Shown one piece after another: positions 50,201 to 59,668 of a DNA stretch of 64,000 nucleotides. The DNA lies in assembly GCF_004765795.1 (NCBI RefSeq), contig NZ_SBIV01000006.1, forward strand, positions 124,001 to 188,000, in the 5' to 3' direction. Numbering within the stretch: position 1 is the stretch's first letter; the number at the start of each line of letters is the position of its first letter. The DNA comes from Halorussus marinus. Its GTDB lineage: Archaea > Halobacteriota > Halobacteria > Halobacteriales > Haladaptataceae. Made by a program: the position numbers and the translations under genes. The notes under the pieces are model-generated. The model saw only the letters and a list, made by a program, of their open reading frames with translations. It had not been told where the DNA came from and did no database searches.

Positions 50201-52132
50201 CTAGTCGTCGCTCGGAGCGGCCGCGCCGCCGGAGCTCACGCCGGTGCCCGGGCCGACCTCGATGCCGAGCTCGTCGAGCTTCTCGTCGGGGACGACGCCG
50301 TCCTCCCAGTCACGCACCTCGTAGTACTCCGCTTTGAGCTGGTCGAGTTCGACGAGCGCGCCCTCGGAGCCGCCCTGTCCTGGGATCGCCTTGGGATCGC
50401 CCTCGACGAACCGGGCGGGCAGGTCGTCGTCGCTCCCGTCGAAGCCGACGAGGTTGTTGTAGTAGCGTTCGAGGTTGTAGATGCGCTCGCCGGCTTCCAG
50501 CAGGTCGTCCTCGGTCACGTCGAGGCCGGTCATCCCGCTGTACTGGAGCACGTACTCCTCGATGCCCTCCGCGAAGGCGTTGAACTTACAGATGTCGAAC
50601 GAGTCGCTGATCGCGTGGAGGTCCTGGAAGGTCGCACAGAGTTCGCCCTTCCCCTCGGGCTCGCTCGGGTCGACCTTTTCGGGGATGCCGAGGATCTCGG
50701 CCGCCGGGGTGTACCCCCGGAGGTGGCAGGCGCCGCGGTTCGAGGTGGCGTAGCCGATCGCCATCCCCTTCATCGCTCGCGGGTCGTAGGCCGCCATCGT
50801 CTGGCCCTTCACGTCGAGGGACATGTCCGGGTCGCCGAACTCGGCGGCGGCCCGACCGGCGCCCTCCGCCAGCGTGTCCGGGAGGCCGTCCTCGCGGTGG
50901 GCGATGCGCTCGATCATCTCGATCATGGTGTCGGCGTCGCCCCAGTCGAGGCCCTCCTCGATGTGGCCTTCCTCGGTCGCCTCCATCGCCATCGCCATCG
51001 TGTTGCCCACGTCGATGGTGTCGACGCCCATGTCGTTACACCGGTCGATCATCATCGCGACCTTGTCGCGGTCGTCGCTCATCGAGTTCGGGCCGAGCGC
51101 CCACGCCGACTCGTACTCGTAGGACTCCATCCGGACGTTGTGGTCCTCGCCCTTGTGGTGGACGTCGACCTCGACCTCCTTCTTGCACGCGACCGGACAC
51201 GAGTGGCAGGTCGGTTCGTCGACCAGGATGTTCTCCCGGACGTTCTCGCCCGAGACGTTCTCGGCGTCGATGTTCGGCGCCGAGTCGTCGCCCTCCTGCT
51301 CGCTGTGGGTCGAGGTGTACTGGGCGTTCCGCGTCGGCAGTCCGTCCATCTCCTCGGTGAGGTTCATCAGGACGTTGGTGCCGTACATCGACAGTCCGCC
51401 CTCGTTCGGGGCCGTGACGTCCGACTCCTGGATCACCTGCATCGCCTGCTTGTGGCCCTCCTGGAACGTCTCCTTGTCGGCGGGCTTGGGCATCTTGGTG
51501 CCGGACTTGACCACGACCGCCTTGAGGTTCTTCGAGCCCATCACCGCGCCGGTGCCCCCGCGGCCCGACGCTCGGTCGTCCTCGTTGATGATACAGCCGT
51601 ACCGGACCTGATTCTCGCCGCCGGGGCCGATCGCCATCACCGAGACGTTCTTGCCGACCTCGCCGTCAACCTCCTCGCCGAGGTGGTCGATCGTGTCGTG
51701 GATACCGGTCCCCCAGAGGTGCGAGGCGTCCCGGAGCTCTACCTCGCCGTCTTCGACGTAGGCGTACACCGGCTCGTCGGCCTTCCCCTCGAAGAGGAGG
51801 CCGTCGAAGCCGGCCCACTTGAGTCGCGCGCCCGACCAGCCGCCGTGGTGGGAGTCGGTGACGGTGTTGGTGAGCGGGGACTTGGTGACGATCGCGATCC
51901 GTCCGCTCATCACGGTCTGGGTCCCCGTGAGCGGCCCGTTCATGAACGCGAGCAGGTTGTCGGGTCCGAGCGGGTCTACGTCCGGCCCCTTGTCGAAGAG
52001 GTACTTCACGCCGAGGCCTCGCGCGCCGATGTACTTGCGCGCGTCCTCGTCGTCGATGCTCTCGTAGTCGACGCCGGCCTCGGTCAGATCGACTCTCGCA
52101 ACGTTGTCTTGGAATCCGCCTAAATCAGTCAT
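50201..52132 (-). CDS. aor: Aldehyde:ferredoxin oxidoreductase (W/Mo-pterin AOR family)
   Basis: KSPLT, GRGG.GAVMGSKNLKA, CHSCPVAC, EYE, RGACH, D...ICKF. Confidence 0.95.
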   Translation of the reverse strand: MTDLGGFQDNVARVDLTEAGVDYESIDDEDARKYIGARGLGVKYLFDKGPDVDPLGPDNLLAFMNGPLTGTQTVMSGRIAIVTKSPLTNTVTDSHHGGWSGARLKWAGFDGLLFEGKADEPVYAYVEDGEVELRDASHLWGTGIHDTIDHLGEEVDGEVGKNVSVMAIGPGGENQVRYGCIINEDDRASGRGGTGAVMGSKNLKAVVVKSGTKMPKPADKETFQEGHKQAMQVIQESDVTAPNEGGLSMYGTNVLMNLTEEMDGLPTRNAQYTSTHSEQEGDDSAPNIDAENVSGENVRENILVDEPTCHSCPVACKKEVEVDVHHKGEDHNVRMESYEYESAWALGPNSMSDDRDKVAMMIDRCNDMGVDTIDVGNTMAMAMEATEEGHIEEGLDWGDADTMIEMIERIAHREDGLPDTLAEGAGRAAAEFGDPDMSLDVKGQTMAAYDPRAMKGMAIGYATSNRGACHLRGYTPAAEILGIPEKVDPSEPEGKGELCATFQDLHAISDSFDICKFNAFAEGIEEYVLQYSGMTGLDVTEDDLLEAGERIYNLERYYNNLVGFDGSDDDLPARFVEGDPKAIPGQGGSEGALVELDQLKAEYYEVRDWEDGVVPDEKLDELGIEVGPGTGVSSGGAAAPSDD

Positions 52133-52265
52133 AAGTAACGTCGTACGCTTATATTGGGCCGCAAGTGAGTTAGTCATTGCCGTGTGGCCGTAACTGGAAC
52201 CGGTTACGCCGGGGTGGGGTCGTCGACCGCCGTCTTTTACTTGCGGTCCCGAGAACGTCTCGCCG

Positions 52266-52688
52266 ATGCGATTCGAATCACTGGGACCGCCCGGGTGGGT
52301 TCGCTGGCTCGGTGTCGCGGTCGTCGCCGGCGTCCTGTTCTACGGGTCGGTACTCGACGCGCCCGGTTCGGGGCTGTCGCCGCTCGGTCCGTTCGGCACG
52401 TTCGGCCTCGACAAGTGGCTCCACGGTCTCGGGTACGCGGCGCTGGCGGCCGCGCTGGCGTCGGCGCTGGCGGCCGACCGGAGCGCGCTCGTCGCGGCCC
52501 TGCTGGCGGCCGCCATCGCGGTCGCGTACGGCGTCGGCATCGAGTTCGTTCAAGCGTCGATCCCCGAGCGGTCCTTTTCGGTCGGCGACATGGCGGCCGA
52601 CGCCGTCGGCGCGGTGCTCGCGGTCGTCTGCTGGCGCCTCGCGGTCGGCGGCCTGCGGCGCTTCGAGTCACCCCCATCGGAGGGCTGA
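52266..52688 (+). CDS. VanZ-family membrane protein
   Basis: DKWLH...Y, IEFVQ..IP.R..S.GD..AD..G. Confidence 0.85.
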   Translation: MRFESLGPPGWVRWLGVAVVAGVLFYGSVLDAPGSGLSPLGPFGTFGLDKWLHGLGYAALAAALASALAADRSALVAALLAAAIAVAYGVGIEFVQASIPERSFSVGDMAADAVGAVLAVVCWRLAVGGLRRFESPPSEG

Positions 52689-52813
52689 GGAGACGACTCG
52701 GACGCGCTGAACCGTCGACGAGTCGCGGTCCCGACGGCCGTTCGGGGTTTCGGGGTTGCGAGGCCGTCGGGGACCCGAAGCCGATTTACGCCCCCGACGA
52801 CTACTCGTGGCCA

Positions 52814-53899
52814 ATGAGCGAACCGAGTCCGGAGGTCTACGAGCAGGGCCGGGGGATGGACGCCCACAACGAGGTGATGCGCTCCATTCGCGCCCAGAAG
52901 GACAAAACGTACGACCCGCACGAGCCGACCCGGGTCTGGATCGACGAGGACCGGACGCCCGGCGGCGTCTACCAGAGTCTCACCATCATCCTCAACACCG
53001 GGGGCTGTCGGTGGGCGCGGGCGGGCGGTTGCACCATGTGTGGCTACGTCGCCGAGTCGGTCGAGGGCGGGTCGGTCGCCCACGACGCGCTGATGGACCA
53101 GATCGACGCCTGTCTGGCCCACGAGCGCGACCAGATCGAGGCCGGGGAGGCCGACGGCGAGTCGGGGCTCGTCAAGATCTACACCTCCGGGTCGTTTCTC
53201 GACGAGCGGGAGGTCGGAGCCCAGACCCGGCGGGCCATCGCCGAGACGTTCGCCGACCGCGAGCGCATCGTGGTCGAGAGCCTCCCGGACTTCGTCGACC
53301 GGGCGAAGATCGAGGACTTCACCGAACGGGGCCTCGACACCGACGTCGCGATCGGACTCGAAACCGCGACCGATCGGGTGCGCCACGACTGCGTGAACAA
53401 GTACTTCGACTTCGAGGACTTCGTCGAGGCGAGCGAACACGCCGAGGCGGCCGGCGCGGGGATCAAGGCCTACCTCCTGATGAAACCGCCGTTCCTCTCC
53501 GAATCCGAGGCCGTCGCGGACATGAAATCGTCGGTCCGGCGGTGTGGCGAGTACGCCCACACCGTCTCGATGAACCCCACGAACGTCCAGCGCTACACCA
53601 TGGTCGACGAACTGTACTTCCGGGACGGCTACCGCCCGCCGTGGCTCTGGTCGGTCGCCGAGGTGCTCGAAGACACCGCCGACGCCGACGCCATCGTGGT
53701 CTCGGACCCGGTGGGCCACGGCTCGGATCGCGGCCCGCACAACTGCGGGGACTGTGACGACCGGGTCCAGAAGGCGATCAAGGACTTCGACCTCCGGCAG
53801 GACCCCTCGGTGTTCTCGGAGGTCTCCTGCGAGTGCGAGGCGACGTGGGAGGCGGTTATGGAGCGCGAGACGAGCTACAGCCTGCCGCTGGCGCGGTAG
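52814..53899 (+). CDS. raSEA: Archaeosine biosynthesis radical SAM protein RaSEA
   Basis: CRWARAGGCTMC (CX6CX2C), KIYTSGSFLD, LMKPPFL, RGPHNC. Confidence 0.88.
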   Translation: MSEPSPEVYEQGRGMDAHNEVMRSIRAQKDKTYDPHEPTRVWIDEDRTPGGVYQSLTIILNTGGCRWARAGGCTMCGYVAESVEGGSVAHDALMDQIDACLAHERDQIEAGEADGESGLVKIYTSGSFLDEREVGAQTRRAIAETFADRERIVVESLPDFVDRAKIEDFTERGLDTDVAIGLETATDRVRHDCVNKYFDFEDFVEASEHAEAAGAGIKAYLLMKPPFLSESEAVADMKSSVRRCGEYAHTVSMNPTNVQRYTMVDELYFRDGYRPPWLWSVAEVLEDTADADAIVVSDPVGHGSDRGPHNCGDCDDRVQKAIKDFDLRQDPSVFSEVSCECEATWEAVMERETSYSLPLAR

Positions 53900-54068
53900 C
53901 GCGCCGCTCGACCCCGGTTCAATCTACAATTCTGCATCCTAAGACGACCGTACCGCCCGGATACGCTCCGGATAACAAAGGTGGCGTCGCTCCTTGGAGA
54001 CGCCCGGGGGTGGCACATCCGGGGCGTCCCGGCGACCGACCGGTCGCCGGTCCGATGTGCGGACGACT

Positions 54069-54194
54069 ATGTCACATGGACGGAGCGACTACGAGACGAT
54101 CTTCTGCTCGAACGGCTGGATAGAGATACGAAACCGCGAGGAGACCGACGACCAGTGGATCGCGAGCGACGCGCCGATCGAGATAGAGCGATGA
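54069..54194 (+). CDS. Small protein (41 aa)
   Basis: Ends WIASDAPIEIER; ATGA overlap with the next ORF. Confidence 0.5.
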   Translation: MSHGRSDYETIFCSNGWIEIRNREETDDQWIASDAPIEIER

Positions 54195-54310
54195 CGGTCA
54201 CGGCCGGGCCAATCTCGTCGTGGTCGCTCGTCGTGCTCGTCGGCTGGGTGCTGGTCGTGGCGTTCGTCTGGCTGTTGCTCTTCGCGCACGGCCGCCAGTC
54301 GCCGGGCTAG
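54191..54310 (+). CDS. Small single-TM protein (39 aa)
   Basis: One long hydrophobic helix; coupled start. Confidence 0.45.
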   Translation: MTVTAGPISSWSLVVLVGWVLVVAFVWLLLFAHGRQSPG

Positions 54311-54984
54311 GCCTCGAACCCGCGGAGGACGCCCTGTCCGTCGGTCTTCCCGACGTCGGGGAGCGTGATGCGCTCGGGGTGGGGCATCAGCACGGCCACG
54401 TTCTCGCGCTCGCCGAGCACGCCCGCCACGTTCTCTTTCGACCCGTTGGGGTTGGCCGCGGGCGTCACCGCGCCGTCGGCCTCGCAGTATCGGAAGAGCA
54501 CGCGGTCCTCGTCGTTCAGCGTCGCGAGCCGGTCGTCGGTGACCTCGAACCGGCCCTCGCCGTGGGCGATGGGAAGTTCGATGACTTCCCCTTCCTCGTA
54601 GGCGGCGGTCCACGGCGTGTCGGCGTTCTCGACCCGGACGGTGACCCGCTCGCACTGGAACCGCGCGGAGGCGTTCGTGGTGAACGCCCCGGGCGTGAGC
54701 CGCGACTCGGAGCCGATCTGGGCGCCGTTGCAGACCCCGAGCACCGGCGTCCCGTCGGCGGCCGCTTCGCGGACTTCGGCCATCACGGGGCTGTTCGCGG
54801 CGATCGCGCCAGCCCGGAGGTAGTCGCCGTACGAAAAGCCCCCGGGGAGCAGAATGCCCGAGGCGTCGTCGGGGATGCCGTCCTCGTGCCAGACGAGTTC
54901 GGCGTCGATTCCGAGATGGTCCAGCGCGCGCTCGGCGTCGCGGTCGCAGTTACTGCCCCCGAACTGGACGATGGCGACCGTCAC
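54307..54984 (-). CDS. purQ: FGAM synthase glutaminase subunit
   Basis: GSNCDRD, PGGFSYGDYLR, GVCNG.Q, MPHPER. Confidence 0.96.
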   Translation of the reverse strand: MTVAIVQFGGSNCDRDAERALDHLGIDAELVWHEDGIPDDASGILLPGGFSYGDYLRAGAIAANSPVMAEVREAAADGTPVLGVCNGAQIGSESRLTPGAFTTNASARFQCERVTVRVENADTPWTAAYEEGEVIELPIAHGEGRFEVTDDRLATLNDEDRVLFRYCEADGAVTPAANPNGSKENVAGVLGERENVAVLMPHPERITLPDVGKTDGQGVLRGFEA

Positions 54985-55039
54985 GCGGATCGCCTCCCGT
55001 GGCATCCGCAGACGGTCGGCGTCGGATGGGTCGGGACAG

Positions 55040-55294
55040 TCATTCGCGGGGCTCGACCTCCACGGCGTAGTCGTGGATGGTCGGGTTCGCCAGCAGGCGC
55101 TCGGCCATCTCGTCGGCGCGGTCGGCCGCGTCGTCGGCCGACTCGGCGTCGAGGTCGAGTTCGAACCGGTCGGCCGAACGCAGGCTCTCTAACTCGAAGC
55201 CGAGTCGCTCTAAGGCCTGCTTTGTGGTCTCGGCCTCGGGGTCGAGGACGCCCTGCTTGAGGCGCACGGTGACCGTGGCGGTGTAGCCAGTCAT
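55040..55294 (-). CDS. purS: FGAM synthase subunit PurS
   Basis: LKQGVLDPE, LLANP.I. Confidence 0.95.
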   Translation of the reverse strand: MTGYTATVTVRLKQGVLDPEAETTKQALERLGFELESLRSADRFELDLDAESADDAADRADEMAERLLANPTIHDYAVEVEPRE

Positions 55295-55449
55295 CGTCGG
55301 AAAGTGGTCGTCCATGCTCAAAAGCTCTTTTGGAATCCGTGTTCGTTCCACGAACGTGGATACCTCCCGGCCAGTGTTGCGTCGAGCCGCCGGCTTTTAT
55401 CTCCGAGACGCCTACGCCACCCACCAATGGCTGTCCAGTCGGTGGTACG

Positions 55450-56406
55450 ATGACCGAGACCGAACTGACCGAAATCACCGTCGTCGGCGACGACGACACC
55501 GGGCTGATCGCCCGCGTCACGACCCTCCTGTTCGAGCGCGGGATCAACATCGAGGACCTCGATCAGGCGGTTCGCGACGACCTGTTCCGGATGACGATGC
55601 GGGTCGACGCCTCGGACGCCGAAGTCGACCGCGAGCGCCTCCGAGCCGACCTCCGCGAACTGGGACGGGACCTCGAGGTGGACGTGCGGGTCCGGTACCC
55701 CTCCGAGCGGGAGGCCCGCCGGCTGGCGGTGCTGGTCACGAAGGAGTCTCACTGTCTCGAACGCATCTGTGAGGCGGTCGCGTCGGGCGAACTCGACGCC
55801 GAGATCGGCGTCGTCGTCGGCAATCATCCGGACCTCCGGCCGGTCGCCGAGGCGTACGACGTCCCGTTCCACGACGTGGGCGACGCCGACGGCAACCCCG
55901 ACGAGGACGAACTGCTCGACCTGCTCGCGGAGTACGACGCCGATCTCGTGGTGCTGGCCCGCTACATGCGCATCCTCGGGCCGAACGTCGTCTTCCGGTA
56001 CGAGGGTCGGATCATCAACGTCCACCCGAGCCTACTGCCGGCGTTCCCCGGCGCGAAGGCCTACCGGCAGGCCAAGGAGGCCGGCGTCCGGGTCGCCGGC
56101 GTGACCGCCCACTACGTGACGACCGACCTCGATCAGGGGCCGATCGTCGCCCAGCGCGCGTTCGACGCGCCCGACGATGCGACCGTCGAGACGCTCAAGC
56201 GCCGCGGTCAGCCCCTCGAAGCCGACGTGTTGCTCGAAGCGGTCCGGCTCCACCTCAACGACGACGTGGCGATCCACCGCGGGCGGACCGAACTGCGCGG
56301 CGACGCCGACGACTACCAGCTCGGGATGGGGCCGGCGCTCGACCGGGCGACCCCCGACGCGCCGACCGACGACGGGCTGGCCGACCCCGACCCCGCCGAC
56401 GACTGA
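55450..56406 (+). CDS. purU: Formyltetrahydrofolate deformylase
   Basis: ACT domain; VTKESHCL, LARYMRIL, INVHPSLLPAF.GA..Y.QA, LDQGPI. Confidence 0.93.
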   Translation: MTETELTEITVVGDDDTGLIARVTTLLFERGINIEDLDQAVRDDLFRMTMRVDASDAEVDRERLRADLRELGRDLEVDVRVRYPSEREARRLAVLVTKESHCLERICEAVASGELDAEIGVVVGNHPDLRPVAEAYDVPFHDVGDADGNPDEDELLDLLAEYDADLVVLARYMRILGPNVVFRYEGRIINVHPSLLPAFPGAKAYRQAKEAGVRVAGVTAHYVTTDLDQGPIVAQRAFDAPDDATVETLKRRGQPLEADVLLEAVRLHLNDDVAIHRGRTELRGDADDYQLGMGPALDRATPDAPTDDGLADPDPADD

Positions 56407-56416
56407 GCGTTCGGAC

Positions 56417-57487
56417 TCAGAGTTCGCGCACCGCGGCGACCGCCTCGTCGAGCGGCGGCGCGTCGAACAGTTCTCGGCCGACGTAGGCGTTCGTCCCCGC
56501 GGCGTACAGATCGCTGGCGGCCGCGATGATTTCCTCGGCGAGAGGCTCGGGGCCGTTCTCGCACAGCGACTTCCAGTCGGCGAGCCCCCGGGACTTGGCG
56601 GTCGCCTTCGCCTCCTCGACCGCCTCGACCCACTCGAGCTGGGTCCGCTTGTGGTACTGGCGGAGAAACTCCTTGCTGACCTGCTGGCCGTGGAAGGTAA
56701 AGCGGTTCTCGTCGAACGTCCCCACGACGTCGGCGACCCGGATCTCGCCGTCGAAGTAGAGACACTCGATCTTGCCGTCCTCGTGGGTCAGCTCTGCGGT
56801 CGCCGCTCGCTCGGTTACGACGCGGTTGACCTCGCGGGCGACCGATTCGAGCTCCTCGACGTCGGCCTTGCCCGCGAGCCGGTCGGCCTCCCGCCGGGAG
56901 AGGTAGCGGTCGCTCTCCTCGTACTTGGTCGAAAACTCCACGAGCGGCTCTTCGAGCTGGACGACGCCGTCGGGCCACTCCTCGAAGTCGAGGCCCACGT
57001 CGCTCGGCTCGGCCCGCCGGCGCAGGCTCGACCCCACCGGAACGCTGTTCCGGAAGACGACCTCCAGCGGGACGAGGTAGTTGTCCCCCGCCGCGGCGTG
57101 GTAGGCGTCGTAGTCGTACTCCCGGCCGGTCCGGGGCAGGTCGGGCACCTGCGTGAGGTCGATCGCCATCTCTGTCGGCGGCTCGTCTGTCTCGTCGAGG
57201 GCGACGACCTCGCGGTCGTCTCGCGGGTCGTCGCTCCCCGCTCGGTCGTCCGAGGCGCGTCGCGCCTCGCTGACGACGCCCCGGTAGTGGGTCGGGACGC
57301 CCTCGGCTTCGAGCAGTTCGAAGTTGCGCGCTCCCATCGAACAGAGGCTCGCGCCCTTCCGGGGGATCTCGTCGGGCATCTTGCCCCAGTCGAACACCGA
57401 GTAGTCGTCGGTGAAGACGAACGCGCCCGTCCCGAGCGCGTTCGGCGAGGGTTCGTCCTCGACGCGGAACTCCTTGACGCTCGTCAC
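56417..57487 (-). CDS. purC: SAICAR synthetase
   Basis: [32 protein letters not shown]. Confidence 0.93.
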   Translation of the reverse strand: MTSVKEFRVEDEPSPNALGTGAFVFTDDYSVFDWGKMPDEIPRKGASLCSMGARNFELLEAEGVPTHYRGVVSEARRASDDRAGSDDPRDDREVVALDETDEPPTEMAIDLTQVPDLPRTGREYDYDAYHAAAGDNYLVPLEVVFRNSVPVGSSLRRRAEPSDVGLDFEEWPDGVVQLEEPLVEFSTKYEESDRYLSRREADRLAGKADVEELESVAREVNRVVTERAATAELTHEDGKIECLYFDGEIRVADVVGTFDENRFTFHGQQVSKEFLRQYHKRTQLEWVEAVEEAKATAKSRGLADWKSLCENGPEPLAEEIIAAASDLYAAGTNAYVGRELFDAPPLDEAVAAVREL

Positions 57488-57669
57488 GCCGACCGCCTCC
57501 GCGGCTCTTGCATACGGTCCAGATGCCGGCGGTCGGACTAAGGCGTTTCCATTTTTGTGCGTATATTTTGCCGGAACGCCGCGAGGAGTATGCGCGTCCG
57601 TGCATTGGACCGACGGCGGCCCTGCCGTAACCCGGCGGTTTTTACTGCTCGGTCCCGTCGTTTCCGACG

Positions 57670-59055
57670 ATGGCAGCCGATGCCCGGACCAACGTCCCGC
57701 GCGAGCAGTTCGACTTCGAGTGCGTCCCCGAGACCGACCGGTCGTTCGAGTCGGCGCTGGCGGCGGCTCGCGACGGCGACCGGCTCACCGTGGCCGACGC
57801 CGTGGAGTTGCTGACCACCGGGACCGACAGTCCGGGCGTCGACCTCGCGCGCAAAGAGCGCGTGCTCGAGGCGGCCGACCGCCGCCGGGCCGAGGTCGTG
57901 GGCGACGAGGTCACGTTCGTCGCGAACCTCAACAACAACGTCACGACCGCCTGCAACACCGGGTGTCTGTTCTGCAACTTCAAGGATACGGCTCGGGACT
58001 TCGAAGCCGACAGCGACGCCGACCACGGCGGGTTCACCAAGACGCCCGCCGAATCTCGCGAGATCGTGACCGCCGCCCGGGAACTGGGGGTCTACGAGGT
58101 CACGTCGGTCAGCGGCCTCCACCCCGCGCTTGCGCTCGACGACGAGCACCGCGAAATTCTGGAGGCCAGCGACCGCGGCGACCTCAACTACAAGCCGCCC
58201 GCCGCCTACGAGACCGATCCCGGGACCTACGTCGACCAGCTGGCGGCGATGAGCGTCGACGGCGTCCACCTCCATTCGATGACGCCCGAGGAGGCCTACC
58301 ACGCCCGCCGGGGCACCGACTGGTCCTACGAGGAGGTGTACGGCCGGCTCGCCGACGCCGGCCTCGACAGCGTGCCCGGTACCGCCGCCGAGATCCTCGT
58401 CGACGAAGTCCGGGGCGTCATCTGTCCGGGAAAGATCGGGAGCGACGAGTGGGTCGAGGCGATGGAGGCGGCCGCCGCGGTCGGACTCGACACCACCGCG
58501 ACGATCATGTACGGTCACGTCGAGAACGAGGCCCACCGCGCGCGACACCTGAAACGGATCCGGGACCTCCAGGATCGGACCGGCGCGATCACGGAGTTCG
58601 TCCCCCTCTCGTTCGTCCACGCGAACACGCCGCTTGCCGACCGGGGGATGATCGACGCCGGCGCGACCGTCCACGAGGACGAACTCATGATCGCGGTCTC
58701 GCGGCTCTTTCTCGACAACGTCGAGAACGTCCAGTCGTCGTGGGTCAAGTACGGCGACGAGCAGGGGCTGAAGATGCTCTCGTGTGGCGCGAACGACTTC
58801 ATGGGCACCATCCTGAGCGAGGAGATCACCAAGCGCGCCGGCGGGGAGTTCGGGGAGTTTCGATCGTTCGCCGAGTACGTCGAGATGATCACCGCGATCG
58901 GGCGGACGCCAGTCGAGCGCTCGACAGACTACCGGACGCGGCGGGTCATCGACCCCGAGGACCCGCCGTTCGGCCCGGAGCTCGCGCCCGCGGCCGACGG
59001 GACGCCGCTGGCGGCCGACGCCGACGCGGCCCCCGAGACGGTCGCGGACGATTGA
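57670..59055 (+). CDS. cofH: FO synthase subunit CofH
   Basis: [38 protein letters not shown]. Confidence 0.93.
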   Translation: MAADARTNVPREQFDFECVPETDRSFESALAAARDGDRLTVADAVELLTTGTDSPGVDLARKERVLEAADRRRAEVVGDEVTFVANLNNNVTTACNTGCLFCNFKDTARDFEADSDADHGGFTKTPAESREIVTAARELGVYEVTSVSGLHPALALDDEHREILEASDRGDLNYKPPAAYETDPGTYVDQLAAMSVDGVHLHSMTPEEAYHARRGTDWSYEEVYGRLADAGLDSVPGTAAEILVDEVRGVICPGKIGSDEWVEAMEAAAAVGLDTTATIMYGHVENEAHRARHLKRIRDLQDRTGAITEFVPLSFVHANTPLADRGMIDAGATVHEDELMIAVSRLFLDNVENVQSSWVKYGDEQGLKMLSCGANDFMGTILSEEITKRAGGEFGEFRSFAEYVEMITAIGRTPVERSTDYRTRRVIDPEDPPFGPELAPAADGTPLAADADAAPETVADD

Positions 59056-59058
59056 CCC

Positions 59059-59616
59059 ATGATGAACACGACCCACGCCGCGATGGGCGTGACCCTCGCC
59101 GCACCGCTGACCGCCCTCGCGCCCGAGTTCGCCCCGATCGGCGCGCTGGCGGGCTTTCTCGGCGGCGCGTTCCCGGACCTCGATCTCCTGTCGGGCCAGC
59201 ACCGCCAGACGCTCCACTTCCCGGCGTACTACTCGGCGGCGGCGATCGCCGCGGTGACGGCGGCGCTGTTGGCGCCCGGTCTCGGGACGGTCGGCGTCGC
59301 GCTGTTTTTCGTCTCGGCGGCGGTCCACTGCATCTCCGACGCGGCGGGCGGCGGACTCGAACTCCGACCGTGGAAGGCGACCGACGACCGAGGGGTGTAC
59401 GTCCACCCCGCGGGCCACTGGGTTCGGGCGCGGCGCTGGATCCGCTACGACGGCGCACCCGAAGACCTCCTGCTCGCGAGCGCGTTCTCGCTTCCGGGGC
59501 TGGTGCTTTTCGACGGCGTCGTCCGCCAGTTGACGATCGGCGCGCTCGCGGTGTCGGTGGTGTACGTCGCGGTCCGCAAGCGTCTCCCCGACTTAGAGAC
59601 CCGCTATCTCCGGTGA
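59059..59616 (+). CDS. Membrane-bound metal-dependent hydrolase (YdjM-like)
   Basis: TH, PDLD, HR.TLH, H..SD motifs. Confidence 0.85.
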   Translation: MMNTTHAAMGVTLAAPLTALAPEFAPIGALAGFLGGAFPDLDLLSGQHRQTLHFPAYYSAAAIAAVTAALLAPGLGTVGVALFFVSAAVHCISDAAGGGLELRPWKATDDRGVYVHPAGHWVRARRWIRYDGAPEDLLLASAFSLPGLVLFDGVVRQLTIGALAVSVVYVAVRKRLPDLETRYLR

Positions 59617-59668
59617 CGCGCCCCCCGATCCCGCGAAGTTTTGCCCCCGGGGCTCGTACCGTCGGTCG

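Noticed and set aside
52148..52155. AATATAAG as the aor TATA box
   Set aside because: Only about 15 nt from the ATG, too close for canonical spacing; left unassigned.
365..59418. Many long antisense or alternate-frame ORFs (e.g. 365-2407, 5395-7863, 7864-10437, 50177-52123, 57538-59418)
   Set aside because: Shadow ORFs expected from high GC3 codon bias; they overlap well-supported genes and lack recognisable motifs.
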